From the IMG/VR virus record IMGVR_UViG_3300033475_000686, positions 1 through 41,272 of that record: 41,272 nt of DNA; one strand, written 5' to 3'. The DNA is from a virus (lineage: Duplodnaviria; Caudoviricetes). Made by a program: the position numbers and the translations under genes. Under the pieces are notes generated by a model that worked only from the letters and a program-made list of their open reading frames with translations, made no database searches and was not told where the DNA came from. This document shows positions 9,479 to 18,547 of the stretch, in pieces. Each line of letters starts with the position of its first letter. The stretch's first letter is position 1.

Positions 9479-9949
9479 TCAGCCGGAGTTGCGGACGTGG
9501 TAGAAGACGGGCGAACCGTAGAGCGACTCGCGGCTCAGCCTAGTGCCGGAGTGGTGCGCGCCGTAGCGGTAGACCTTCGAGCCGACGCGGTCCACCATCT
9601 CGACGTGGCCGTAGCCCCAGAAGATCAGGTCGCCGTCCTTGGCCTGCGACTTGGTGATCCTGTACACCTTCGAGCTCCGGCGCTGACTGTCAGCCGCCCG
9701 CGGCAGGCTGATGCCCGCGTGCAGGTAGGCCGTGTAGATGAGGCCGGAGCAGTCGTAGCAGGAGGCCGACTTCGTCTTGCTGCCCTCGCCGCCGTAGCAG
9801 TAGGGCTTCCCGGCCTGCGACTTGGCGAAGTTGAACGCGACCACTCGCTTGGCGGTCGCCGCGTCAGCGGACACGGGGAGAACGAAGCCGAGCACGAGTC
9901 CGATGAAAGTCGCGGACAGGAGAACGGCCAGTACCTTCTTCTTCTTCAT
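9479..9949 (-). CDS. secreted NlpC/P60 peptidoglycan hydrolase
   Basis: Signal peptide MKKKKVLAVLL; GKPYxYGG, YDCSGL, GDLIFW and GHV. Confidence 0.9.
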   Translation of the reverse strand: MKKKKVLAVLLSATFIGLVLGFVLPVSADAATAKRVVAFNFAKSQAGKPYCYGGEGSKTKSASCYDCSGLIYTAYLHAGISLPRAADSQRRSSKVYRITKSQAKDGDLIFWGYGHVEMVDRVGSKVYRYGAHHSGTRLSRESLYGSPVFYHVRNSG

Positions 9950-10119
9950 TACGAACCTTTCAGCATCTGGTACATGTTGTAGAGCAGGATCGCCAGTACG
10001 ATCACGCCTGCCCCCTCGAACACACACGCTGCAATGAACCACCCCCTTCCAAGCTTCCAGCACCCGCAGTCGCAGGCTAGTCCGTCGTCTTCCTCAGCGA
10101 CCACTTCCACGTTAGCCAT
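9949..10119 (-). CDS. small membrane protein
   Basis: MANVEVV... with a C-terminal TM segment; coupled. Confidence 0.55.
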   Translation of the reverse strand: MANVEVVAEEDDGLACDCGCWKLGRGWFIAACVFEGAGVIVLAILLYNMYQMLKGS

Positions 10120-10540
10120 AGCGCCGCTTCCTGCATTCCTTTCCGAGGTACTTTCCGGACCGCTGATCCTTGCGTGCGGTGTGTCCCGTGCATGCGCACT
10201 GCTTGCAGTCGGCACACTGCTTGTGCTTCTTCGGGCACGGCTTGGCCTTGACCAGACCGCCAAGCAGTTCTCGTGTGTCGGCATCCAGCTCGTGTGGTGT
10301 TTCTTCCGCCACCTTGGCCATCTCGCCGGCGTCAAACCGGAGCCCGCACATGTCAAACACCACACGGATTGGATCCATCACCTCCTTCGGTGGGTGCTTG
10401 CGGCTCTTGCGGGTCCCGGCGTCGACACCTTCCTCACGAACGAACCAGGCGGCCAGACGCATCTGGATGTCCAGGACCTGCGCAGGGTCGTCGATCTCGA
10501 TCCGGGGGTTGGCTCTGCCGACCAGGCCGGGGTTCCCCAC
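10112..10540 (-). CDS. hypothetical protein with a Cys-rich C-terminus
   Basis: CPKKHKQCADCKQCAC. Confidence 0.55.
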   Translation of the reverse strand: MGNPGLVGRANPRIEIDDPAQVLDIQMRLAAWFVREEGVDAGTRKSRKHPPKEVMDPIRVVFDMCGLRFDAGEMAKVAEETPHELDADTRELLGGLVKAKPCPKKHKQCADCKQCACTGHTARKDQRSGKYLGKECRKRRYG

Positions 10541-10956
10541 TAGTCCTCCTCGTTGTCCAGGATCTCGGCGAGCAGGTCACGTGCCGAGTGGGCGACCGTC
10601 TGCCATCCGTTGACGGCGCCTCTGTTGTTGGCCTTCTTGTATCCGGCCAGCCAGTAGGTGGTGGGCTTGCCGCACTTGGCGTGGACCATCCAGCCGTACT
10701 TCTTGCCGAAGGTGATGTTGCCGTGGTGGCTCTCACCGTTGTCGCAGGTGCACGTCTTGGTCGGGAAGGCGAAGACCCGTTCGAGCCGTGCCTTGCTGCC
10801 GAGCAGTGCACCGAGGGCCATCGTTTCCTTCGGCCAGTTGGTCTGTACCTCCTCGGCACCTTCCGGCTCGACGTCGGGCTCGAGGAGGCTGGCCAGCTTG
10901 CGGACGAACTCCTCTGCGGCTTCGTTGTCCTCGAAGGACAGAACTACATGTCTCAT
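10540..10956 (-). CDS. hypothetical protein with a putative Zn ribbon
   Basis: MRHVVLSFEDNE...; CTC...HAKC; similar layout to 32240-32599. Confidence 0.6.
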   Translation of the reverse strand: MRHVVLSFEDNEAAEEFVRKLASLLEPDVEPEGAEEVQTNWPKETMALGALLGSKARLERVFAFPTKTCTCDNGESHHGNITFGKKYGWMVHAKCGKPTTYWLAGYKKANNRGAVNGWQTVAHSARDLLAEILDNEED

Positions 10957-11153
10957 CGTACCTCCGGGACGAAGCACTCGGTCAGGATGATCACACCGCA
11001 GCGCAGGCACTTCTCGGCCTCGCAGTGACAGTAGCCGAGACCGGATCCGCAGTAGTGCGAAGGCAGCTCGGTCTCCCGCAGGTCGTGAGGCTCAGTCCAG
11101 CCGGTCTCGGGACAGAGCCTCTTCTTCCTGAACTGCCACCACTTGGGCTTCAC
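10953..11153 (-). CDS. hypothetical Cys-rich protein
   Basis: Coupled ORF. Confidence 0.5.
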   Translation of the reverse strand: MKPKWWQFRKKRLCPETGWTEPHDLRETELPSHYCGSGLGYCHCEAEKCLRCGVIILTECFVPEVR

Positions 11154-11464
11154 TCCAGCTCCTCGTGTGAGAGGTTCAGCGGAGTGCGTCCCATGATGGA
11201 GTCGACCTGCTCCTGCAGTGCGTCACCGTCGATGTGCTCGACACGCATCTTGTTGGCGAACCGCTCGACGATGGATCGGATCTCCTTGCACGCGTTGTCG
11301 TACCGCGTCTGGGCGGAACGTCGCTGCTCGTCGGCCCGGATCTCTTCCAGCAGCGTCGGCTGCCAGATGGGTGCGCGGGCGTCCAGCATCGCTCGAGCGT
11401 TCCGCAGGTTGAAGAGTGGACGCATGAGAGCGGCGTCCAGTTCGTCAACCAGGTCATTGCGCAT
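11150..11464 (-). CDS. hypothetical protein
   Basis: Coupled ORF. Confidence 0.55.
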   Translation of the reverse strand: MRNDLVDELDAALMRPLFNLRNARAMLDARAPIWQPTLLEEIRADEQRRSAQTRYDNACKEIRSIVERFANKMRVEHIDGDALQEQVDSIMGRTPLNLSHEELE

Positions 11465-11608
11465 TAGAACCCCGTCTCCAGAACGCAGACGTCCTCACCG
11501 TTGCGCTCTTCCATGTCAGCCCCGAGGACGGGGGACTCCTCGTCGGTGAGGACTTGGAGACCCCCGTCCAAGGACTGGAGCTGTTCGATAAGCTCCTGGA
11601 CGGTCATG

Positions 11609-12214
11609 TCAGTTGCCGGAGCCGTCGGCGTTGTGCGCGTGGACCTTGGACCGGTCGACCTTCGTGACCTTGACCTTGGTCTGCGAGCCCGGCGGGATGG
11701 TGCAGTGGCCCTTGTCGTCGCACTTGACGTCGAAGCCGAAGGTGGTGAGGTCGGGCTCGGAGTAGAAGATGCCGATCTGCCCGTTCGGCAGGACGCAGTT
11801 AGCGTAGGTGGCCGCGACGTCCGCCGGCGGGTAGATCCCGTACGGCTCCTGCTGCGGAGTGGTCAGGTCGTTGGTGGCGTCCACCTTCACGGGGTTGGTG
11901 ATCTGCGAGCCGAAGGGGATCGGGAAGCCGACGCTGGGGCACTGGAAGGTGATGCCGACGTTCGGGACGGTCTGCACGGTCCAGGTGTCCGCGCCCTCGG
12001 CCATCGCGTCCTGGGCGGCCAGCAGGTTGTTGCGGGCCTGCGAGGCGTCGTAGGCGTGCGGCGGCTGGGCCTCGTCGAAGTGCTTCTGGGAGCGGGCGGT
12101 GAACTTCTTCTCCTGCTTGTCGCCGGAGCCACTGCCGTCACAGGTGCTGGCCATCGTGCCGATCATGGCGAGCGGGAGGGCTCCCGCGAGGAGGTACTTC
12201 TTCCAGTTCTGCAT
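11609..12214 (-). CDS. putative lipoprotein / secreted protein
   Basis: Signal peptide ending MASTC-DG; very high GC3; RBS present. Confidence 0.65.
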   Translation of the reverse strand: MQNWKKYLLAGALPLAMIGTMASTCDGSGSGDKQEKKFTARSQKHFDEAQPPHAYDASQARNNLLAAQDAMAEGADTWTVQTVPNVGITFQCPSVGFPIPFGSQITNPVKVDATNDLTTPQQEPYGIYPPADVAATYANCVLPNGQIGIFYSEPDLTTFGFDVKCDDKGHCTIPPGSQTKVKVTKVDRSKVHAHNADGSGN

Positions 12215-12236
12215 GCTGTTGCTGCCCTTTCAGTTG

Positions 12237-12656
12237 TCAGTGCTGGTTGAGGAAGGACTTGACGTCCGGCGGAACGGAGTCGCTCGGGATGAGCTGCACG
12301 CGTTCCTTCATCTCGGCGACGAAGGCGTTGAGCTGGGCCTTCTTGCCGGCGATCAGGTTGTCGTTGGTGGGGTCGTTCTGGGCCTCGAGCTCCTGGATGT
12401 CGGCCTCGAGCTTGGTGGCGGCCGTCCACTTCTGGATGAGGAACGTCCGCTGCGACTCGACGTACTGCTGCGAGTGCGTGTTCTGCTTACGTTCGGCGTC
12501 CAGCATCGCGGGACGGATGATGAACGCGCCGACGAGGCTGAGGATGATGACGACGCCGGCGATGATGGCGAACCACTTCACGGCGAGGTTGCCGAAGAAG
12601 TTGGTGTCGCTGGTGATGCCCTTCTTCTCCTCGTCGGAGAGGCCGTAGTTACTCAT
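12237..12656 (-). CDS. single-pass membrane protein with coiled coil
   Basis: TM segment WFAIIAGVVIILSLVGAFII; RBS AAAGGAG. Confidence 0.7.
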   Translation of the reverse strand: MSNYGLSDEEKKGITSDTNFFGNLAVKWFAIIAGVVIILSLVGAFIIRPAMLDAERKQNTHSQQYVESQRTFLIQKWTAATKLEADIQELEAQNDPTNDNLIAGKKAQLNAFVAEMKERVQLIPSDSVPPDVKSFLNQH

Positions 12657-12804
12657 GCTGCTCCTTTGTTAGCTGACGATGCAGATGGCTTCTTCGTCAC
12701 CATCCGACTCGATGTCGACGCGCTCGATCTCGTAGCCGTCGACGAACACGACGTGCTCGGCCCCCAGCTCGTTGATGCGGTCGATCAGTTCCTTTCCGGT
12801 CATG

Positions 12805-13434
12805 TCACTCCTCCTCCGCGTTGGCTAGGTTGCGAATGCAGGTCATGCAGAGACCGAAGCCGTAGTCCTCGGGATCGTCGATCATGATGCCCGTGAAGCG
12901 AAACTCGAGGACACCGTTGTGCAGCCAGGTGTCGGTCATCTTGTAGAACTGGCACCAGGTGTGCACCGAGGCACGGTAGTGCGGCTCGGGGTACAGGCAC
13001 CACTGGAAGGCCGACTTGCTCGCCCGGATGATGTGCGCGTTCTTGGCCTGCTTCGAAGCGCCCACCAGGTAACGCTTGTTCCAGTGATGCTTGAGTTGCA
13101 CCATGGCCTTGCGCGCGGGCACCGGAGGATCAGGAACCACACGGAGGTGATCCCGTCTGCGCGGAGCCAGGTCATTCGTTTCCACGCGGGAGTACGCCTC
13201 GAGCAGATCCGAGCCGTGCGAGTCGCCCCTCATGCAGTTCAGGATCGTGCGGATCATGACGACCGTGATCGTCTTGCCAGCCGCTAGATGTCTGCGGATC
13301 TTGACGAGCGGCTCGAACTCGCCCGAGTAGTAGCAGTCGAGCCAGTGCAGCGCAACGTCGCGAAGCTCCTCACCTCCTTCGCGGACGTCCGCATCGGTCC
13401 ATTTGTAGCCTTGGACGAACTCCCCTGCGGACAC
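12805..13434 (-). CDS. hypothetical protein
   Basis: 209 aa; RBS GGAGG. Confidence 0.65.
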   Translation of the reverse strand: MSAGEFVQGYKWTDADVREGGEELRDVALHWLDCYYSGEFEPLVKIRRHLAAGKTITVVMIRTILNCMRGDSHGSDLLEAYSRVETNDLAPRRRDHLRVVPDPPVPARKAMVQLKHHWNKRYLVGASKQAKNAHIIRASKSAFQWCLYPEPHYRASVHTWCQFYKMTDTWLHNGVLEFRFTGIMIDDPEDYGFGLCMTCIRNLANAEEE

Positions 13435-13514
13435 AGTTTCACCTCCACGCAGTTGCCTTGGGAATTGCTCCGGTCACTCTTGGCGAAACCGGAGCCGTCG
13501 GGATTGAGTATCAT
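13284..13514 (-). CDS. DUF397-like fragment (possibly degenerate)
   Basis: FAKSDRSNSQGNCVEV matches the DUF397 N-terminal motif; the C-terminal VRDSK half is absent. Confidence 0.45.
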   Translation of the reverse strand: MILNPDGSGFAKSDRSNSQGNCVEVKLCPQGSSSKATNGPMRTSAKEVRSFATLRCTGSTATTRASSSRSSRSADI

Positions 13515-13708
13515 TCGTCGATTCGATTCACGTCTCTCAAGTACGCCGTGCGGACACCGAAGTCCGTCAGGCGCACCTTCTTCGGGTCTTTCTCACTGCG
13601 CCTCGCGACGGTGAGCTTCCGCCCCATCTCCGGAAGGTCGTGAATGTGCTCCAGGAACCGGAGAGCTTCATCATCGGAGTTGAAGCCCACCATCACGTAG
13701 CGTGCCAT
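13511..13708 (-). CDS. hypothetical protein
   Basis: Coupled ORF. Confidence 0.55.
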   Translation of the reverse strand: MARYVMVGFNSDDEALRFLEHIHDLPEMGRKLTVARRSEKDPKKVRLTDFGVRTAYLRDVNRIDE

Positions 13709-13714
13709 GTTCGG

Positions 13715-13924
13715 TTACCTTCTCAGCTCGAGTTCCAGGTCGTGAAAGATTTCGTTGACGATGCCCTGACGCTCACCGTCCAGGAGTGACTGCCCGTCGG
13801 GGAGCCGCTCTCCGGCCATGCGTGACGCCATGTCGTAGAAGGCCTGAAGCGCTCGGGCCTCAGTCTCGTCCAGGCGAAGGTGGAAGGTCTTCTTGACCTT
13901 CACCGTCAGCCGCTCTCTGGCCAC
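13715..13924 (-). CDS. hypothetical protein
   Basis: GTG start giving VARERLTVKVKK. Confidence 0.5.
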   Translation of the reverse strand: MARERLTVKVKKTFHLRLDETEARALQAFYDMASRMAGERLPDGQSLLDGERQGIVNEIFHDLELELRR

Positions 13925-14156
13925 GGAGCCGCCTTTCTTCCATCTCAGTCCGCAGGTACACGCAGAGGTCGAGGGCCTCCTCATACGCATCCTTCAGGTT
14001 GTCTCGCCCGTTGTTGGGCTGGAGCAGGGAGCCGTAGCGCTTGAGTCCCAGCTGCTTCCGGGCCTCCAGATCCGCCACCACCATGTCATGGATGGACGGA
14101 TGATCGTTTGGCACCGGAAGCGGCTGGTCCTCAGGCCTCTGTCGGAGGTCACTCAC
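13860..14156 (-). CDS. conserved phage protein, possible all-alpha NTP-pyrophosphatase (MazG-like) fold
   Basis: R..LGLKRYG..L...NGRD.L.DAYEEALDLCVYL acidic helix pattern. Confidence 0.5.
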   Translation of the reverse strand: MSDLRQRPEDQPLPVPNDHPSIHDMVVADLEARKQLGLKRYGSLLQPNNGRDNLKDAYEEALDLCVYLRTEMEERRLRGQRAADGEGQEDLPPSPGRD

Positions 14157-14382
14157 CGGGCGTGTTGCTCTCGCTCGCCGGCTGGATCGGAACCACCTTC
14201 GTCGGCGGCTTGGCCTGGTCCAGAGCGACGACGTACTTCATGACGAGCACGCTCACCTTCTCCGGGTGCCAGTAGCAGGCGACGACCTTCATCGGGTACT
14301 CGGTCCCGTCGGTCTTCAGGTCGCGGGCGTCGAGCGGCTCACCCTTGTCGTCGACCAGGATGTGCTCGGTGACGTAGCTCAC
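14149..14382 (-). CDS. hypothetical protein
   Basis: Coupled ORF. Confidence 0.55.
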   Translation of the reverse strand: MSYVTEHILVDDKGEPLDARDLKTDGTEYPMKVVACYWHPEKVSVLVMKYVVALDQAKPPTKVVPIQPASESNTPGE

Positions 14383-15344
14383 TCAGTGTCCCTTCTGTTC
14401 TCGGGCGACCAGTACACGCCGGTCTGGCCGTCCTTCGGGTTCAGCTCGTAGATGGTCGGCCACGGGCCGGTGGACTCGATCCAGTCCATGAGCTCGTCCC
14501 AGGTCTTCTTCTGCGGGGCGTGCGGACCGGTGCCGTACCAGTAGCCGTTGCCGGCCTTGATGAAGGCGTAGTCGTACCGCTTACCGGTCTGCCAGCTGGT
14601 GTCAGTGAACATCTTCTTCATGTACACCACCGGCGGCAGGTACTCGCCCTCCGAGAAGCGGAGACCGTCGGTCGGCTCCGGCGGACGGTTCTCCAGGTCC
14701 GCGATCCTGGTGAGGATCGCATTGAGCTGCTTCTTCAGCTCGGTCAGCTGTGACACCTTGGGCTTGCTCCTTCTCTTCTTGGCGGTCTCCCAGCGGACGT
14801 GCTGAGACACCGGCGGAGGGTCGTCGCTGGAGAAACGACCCGTGACGGTTCCCTGGAGCCTCATGGCCTCCGGACGCGGCCGACCATCCGGCCTCAGGAA
14901 GCGCTGGAACCCAGGCGGTAGCCCTTCGACGTCATCGTATACGCCCCCGATGAGCATACCGTTGCCGTCGTCGTGGGCGCGATCGAGATCCTGCCACGCG
15001 TCGGAAACCTCGTCGTAGGCCCCGAGCGCTGCAGCGTGCTCGTCGAAGTTGGCGCTGCCGTAGAAGGCCTTCCACTGCCGGGCCTTCCACTGCTTGTACT
15101 GCTGCTTCTTGTGGAAGTCCCACTGCTGGGGGAGAACCCGCTTCAGGTTCCCGCTCTTGACGAACGCGACGTCGTACCAGCGGTTGAAGTCGTCCGGGTA
15201 GAGTCCGCCGTTCGGCATCATCTTACCCTCGTTCTCCGACCACCTGTCCCGCTCGTACGCGTCACACTCTTCGAGGGCCGCCTGCTGCTCGGCCCAGCTC
15301 ATCGACTCGGCTGCGTCCCGAGCCCTATCGGCTTCCCATCCCAC
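14379..15344 (-). CDS. hypothetical protein (possible internal start near 14756)
   Basis: 321 aa with RBS; C-terminal YDYAFIK...WYGTG...TWDELMDW domain. Confidence 0.65.
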   Translation of the reverse strand: MGWEADRARDAAESMSWAEQQAALEECDAYERDRWSENEGKMMPNGGLYPDDFNRWYDVAFVKSGNLKRVLPQQWDFHKKQQYKQWKARQWKAFYGSANFDEHAAALGAYDEVSDAWQDLDRAHDDGNGMLIGGVYDDVEGLPPGFQRFLRPDGRPRPEAMRLQGTVTGRFSSDDPPPVSQHVRWETAKKRRSKPKVSQLTELKKQLNAILTRIADLENRPPEPTDGLRFSEGEYLPPVVYMKKMFTDTSWQTGKRYDYAFIKAGNGYWYGTGPHAPQKKTWDELMDWIESTGPWPTIYELNPKDGQTGVYWSPENRRDTE

Positions 15345-15386
15345 TTGACACCTCCCTTTCGTTTGTCTGGGTGTCGTGGATTGTTG

Positions 15387-15677
15387 TCAGCCGCTACTGG
15401 TCTTGAACCAGTTGTCCGACATCGCGGGCGACTTTTCCACCGGGGAAGTCTTGTACTCCTCCGGCAGATCGATGCCCACCTCGTACACGGCGCACTGGCC
15501 GATCAGGTGATCGTACACCCTGTGCTCGACCGTGCCGTCGCATACCTCATGGGCGGCGTGGTAGTGAACGATCGTCGACTCCGGCTGACGTGCGTCGAAC
15601 ATTCGCCGCTGGGCGTCGTCGAGCTGCGCCTGCATGTTCGTGCGCTCGCCCGTGAACGAGTGCCTGGGCTTGTCCAC
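15387..15677 (-). CDS. hypothetical protein
   Basis: RBS GGAGG with GTG start. Confidence 0.55.
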   Translation of the reverse strand: MDKPRHSFTGERTNMQAQLDDAQRRMFDARQPESTIVHYHAAHEVCDGTVEHRVYDHLIGQCAVYEVGIDLPEEYKTSPVEKSPAMSDNWFKTSSG

Positions 15678-15997
15678 TATTCCTCCTTCTGCGGCAAGTA
15701 CTTCTTGCCGAGCAGGTCCATCCAGTTGGTGATCTTGGACCACTCCGCGTCGGCGTCACGGCTCTCCCACTGACCGTTGGGGTGCCGACGCTGAACCGTC
15801 AGGTAGGTCGGGTAGATGACCTCGACGAACAGCTTCGCACGAAGCGCTTCGTCCTCATCGTTGGAGGCGGCACCGTTGATCAGTGGCTCCGTCTGCAGGG
15901 CGATCGTGCTCACGATGCCGCTGTCGAAGATGCTGACCCGACGCTTGTAGGCCTGGTGGTTCAGGTATCCCATCATGTCCTCCAGTCGCATGGGCAT
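15677..15997 (-). CDS. hypothetical protein
   Basis: Coupled ORF. Confidence 0.6.
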   Translation of the reverse strand: MPMRLEDMMGYLNHQAYKRRVSIFDSGIVSTIALQTEPLINGAASNDEDEALRAKLFVEVIYPTYLTVQRRHPNGQWESRDADAEWSKITNWMDLLGKKYLPQKEE

Positions 15998-16410
15998 CAG
16001 TCCTTGTGGCGGGGCTCGTAGCTGATGCCCCAGTGCTCGTACAGGTAGTTGCGGATCTTGTTCGCCTGCTTCTGCCGCCAGCCGGCCCTGCGGAGCTTGC
16101 GTCCCACGCGCTTGGCCTTCCGGATCGCCTTGCGCTCCTCCCGCTCGGAGGGCACGACCTCGATCTCGTCGACCGTGGTGACGTCGGTCGCCGGGAGCAC
16201 CAGGATCTCGTCCTCGATCGGGTTGAAGGTCTGCGTGTCGTCGAGCGCTACCTCCGGGAACCGCTGCTTGCGGAACTCGGTCAGTTCGTCGACCAGCGCC
16301 TTGTGCTTGCCCCGGAGCTCCGCCATCATCTGATCGAAGATGGACGGGCCCGTATCGGAGGTGGGAACGGTGGTCTTGGTGTCGAGGTAGATCGCGGACA
16401 TGCTGCTCAT
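15997..16410 (-). CDS. hypothetical protein
   Basis: RBS AAGGAG; coupled. Confidence 0.6.
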   Translation of the reverse strand: MSSMSAIYLDTKTTVPTSDTGPSIFDQMMAELRGKHKALVDELTEFRKQRFPEVALDDTQTFNPIEDEILVLPATDVTTVDEIEVVPSEREERKAIRKAKRVGRKLRRAGWRQKQANKIRNYLYEHWGISYEPRHKD

Positions 16411-16925
16411 GGTGACTCCTTGGGGGTTACCGGCGGCGTAGGCGCCGGACTAGAGACTGGCGGTTCTGAAGGCTTCGTCCTAGTGGGTGTTGGCTTGGGC
16501 TTCTTGGTAGGGCGCGAGTGAGTAGGTGACGGTGAATACGAGGGCCGTGTGGAGCTTGGTGTCTCCGTGGGCCGCGGTGGACGGGTGTAGTGAGGGACGC
16601 TGTGATGCGTCGGGTGGTAGGTGGGTGTAGGAGACGCCGTGCTCACAGTAGGAGAAGGCGTCGCTACGGGTGGCGGGACCGGAGTCCCCTGGTCGCTGCT
16701 GGGAAGAAGCATCACCGCGACTACGGCGACGGGTCCCCAGACAGCGAGCCAGGAGACCCAGCCCTTGCCCTTCTTCAGGTCGAACCAGTCGACCCAGCTA
16801 CCAGCGAGGACCGGGAACCTCTTTCCAGAACTCCCGGTCTCCGTCGGTGGACTCGAGTCCTCGGCTACCGGAAGCTCCGCTGTCGTTCCCGACTGTGCGA
16901 GGAGCGGATTCGGTTCTGTCGCCAT
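16407..16925 (-). CDS. membrane protein with a Pro/Thr/Ser-rich tail
   Basis: TM segment WLAVWGPVAVVAVMLL followed by low-complexity PT/PS repeats; start uncertain. Confidence 0.55.
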   Translation of the reverse strand: MATEPNPLLAQSGTTAELPVAEDSSPPTETGSSGKRFPVLAGSWVDWFDLKKGKGWVSWLAVWGPVAVVAVMLLPSSDQGTPVPPPVATPSPTVSTASPTPTYHPTHHSVPHYTRPPRPTETPSSTRPSYSPSPTHSRPTKKPKPTPTRTKPSEPPVSSPAPTPPVTPKESP

Positions 16926-17134
16926 CTCCCACAGGGGCAATGGTGACGGTACGGTGGGCGTCCTCTCCACAGAACTGATCCATTCCCCCGGCGTTGGTGA
17001 GTCCAAGGTCGAAGATCTCCTGCACAGCCGTCTTGGCATCGGCGTCCGTGATGGACACGTAGTCACCCTCGAAGTACTCCGCGATGAGTTCGTCGGAGAC
17101 CTCGACTGTCACCTTGCGCGTCTTCTCGGGGCCG

Positions 17135-17476
17135 CTACCCAACCTGGCCACCGCCCCCGATGTGCGGGCCCTTGCCGTTGCTGATCGCACCGGACTTGGC
17201 CTTCGCCTCACGCAGACCGTTGAAGGAGTCCGTGAGGACCTTGATGATCTCTTCCTGGTCGGAGTCGAGGTCGCCGATCATCGCGACGCCCGTCAGCTTC
17301 TCGCCGAGGATCATCGACGGCGTACGGAGCACGACGGCGTACACGGGCTGCGGTCCCACCGGAGTGGGCATGACTACGAGGCTGCAGTCCCACTCGATGT
17401 TGGTCAGCCCGAGCTTCGGAGCCTTCTCGACCGCGTGCGCGACCTTGCTCCGCATCGCCTTGCCTAGATCAACCAT
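17135..17476 (-). CDS. hypothetical protein
   Basis: RBS present; high GC3. Confidence 0.6.
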   Translation of the reverse strand: MVDLGKAMRSKVAHAVEKAPKLGLTNIEWDCSLVVMPTPVGPQPVYAVVLRTPSMILGEKLTGVAMIGDLDSDQEEIIKVLTDSFNGLREAKAKSGAISNGKGPHIGGGGQVG

Positions 17477-17874
17477 GAAGGCATCTTTCCTTCCTTCTTC
17501 AGGTGGTCCACGACCTTCGCGAAGGAGGTCATGTCCTCGATGGTGGGCTGCCCTGCACGCTCAGGCGTCTGGCCCATGTACAACTTCTTGAGGTCGTCGA
17601 ACTCCTTGGCGACCTTGGCGACGGACTCGTCCATCTCCCTGCGGATGGTCTTCGTCATCGTCTCGATGGCCTGGTCGGCAGCTCTGACACACTGCCCCTT
17701 GGTCTCCAGCTCGATGAAGTCGACCAGGCCCTTGCGCGTCTGGTTCAGGTCTTTGAGAACCCCCCGACCGTCCTCAATGGCCTTCTCCAGCCGCTCGACG
17801 AGCTTCCGGAGCTCTGCGATGTCGTCGCCACCGATCTTGATGTCGACTTCCATCTCTCCTCGAGCCCGCGCCAT
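17464..17874 (-). CDS. coiled-coil hypothetical protein
   Basis: TGATG coupling; helical pattern. Confidence 0.6.
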   Translation of the reverse strand: MARARGEMEVDIKIGGDDIAELRKLVERLEKAIEDGRGVLKDLNQTRKGLVDFIELETKGQCVRAADQAIETMTKTIRREMDESVAKVAKEFDDLKKLYMGQTPERAGQPTIEDMTSFAKVVDHLKKEGKMPSWLI

Positions 17875-18059
17875 CAGCTCGGCCTCTTCGGAGGGCAAGG
17901 GTTGCCGTGCTCGTCGACACACACCTCGACCTGATGCGTGTGTCCGTTCTTGTCCTTGACCGTGCCTCCGTCGTTGCCACAGGCGTTGGCGAACGCACCA
18001 GTCACGATCAGCGACCCGACGAGGGCCAAGCCGCTGGCGAAGATGTTGCTACGCTTCAC
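17874..18059 (-). CDS. small lipoprotein
   Basis: Signal peptide plus lipobox-like ANAC-G. Confidence 0.55.
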   Translation of the reverse strand: MKRSNIFASGLALVGSLIVTGAFANACGNDGGTVKDKNGHTHQVEVCVDEHGNPCPPKRPS

Positions 18060-18334
18060 GTAGCGCCCACCTCTTTTCGGCGTAGAAAGTGTAGTCCAGA
18101 TAGGCACTATAGCCCCATCCGGTCTCGGCGATAAGGTCCTTGTACTCTCTGTTGACGGCACACCGTTCGTACATCATATACGGTGTCACTACGATGAGGT
18201 TCCAGGGCATTTAGAACACTCCGTGGATGTGCATCACGGCCGCGATCGTGAGGAAGCAGGCGGTCAAGACTCCGATGACGATCGCAAGGACGATCTGCAA
18301 CCAAAAACGCATGAGGAGAAGGGGCTCCGTCGTT

Positions 18335-18547
18335 CTAGTTTCCGCCGCCGTACACCATGATACGGCATTCCGATGGTGACTTGCCCGCAGCGATGCAGGC
18401 CTTCAAGCTCTCTCGGTGGTTGTTCGAAGCTTCGACAGCGCCGAACACAATGCCGCCCACCACGGCCAAGATGCCGAGAACGATCGCCACGCCGAGGAAG
18501 AACCCCGCCCACGTGATGTCGCCCTCTCTGTCGATCAGGTCGCTCAC
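18335..18547 (-). CDS. small membrane protein
   Basis: GTGA coupling to the helicase stop; long TM segment. Confidence 0.55.
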   Translation of the reverse strand: MSDLIDREGDITWAGFFLGVAIVLGILAVVGGIVFGAVEASNNHRESLKACIAAGKSPSECRIMVYGGGN

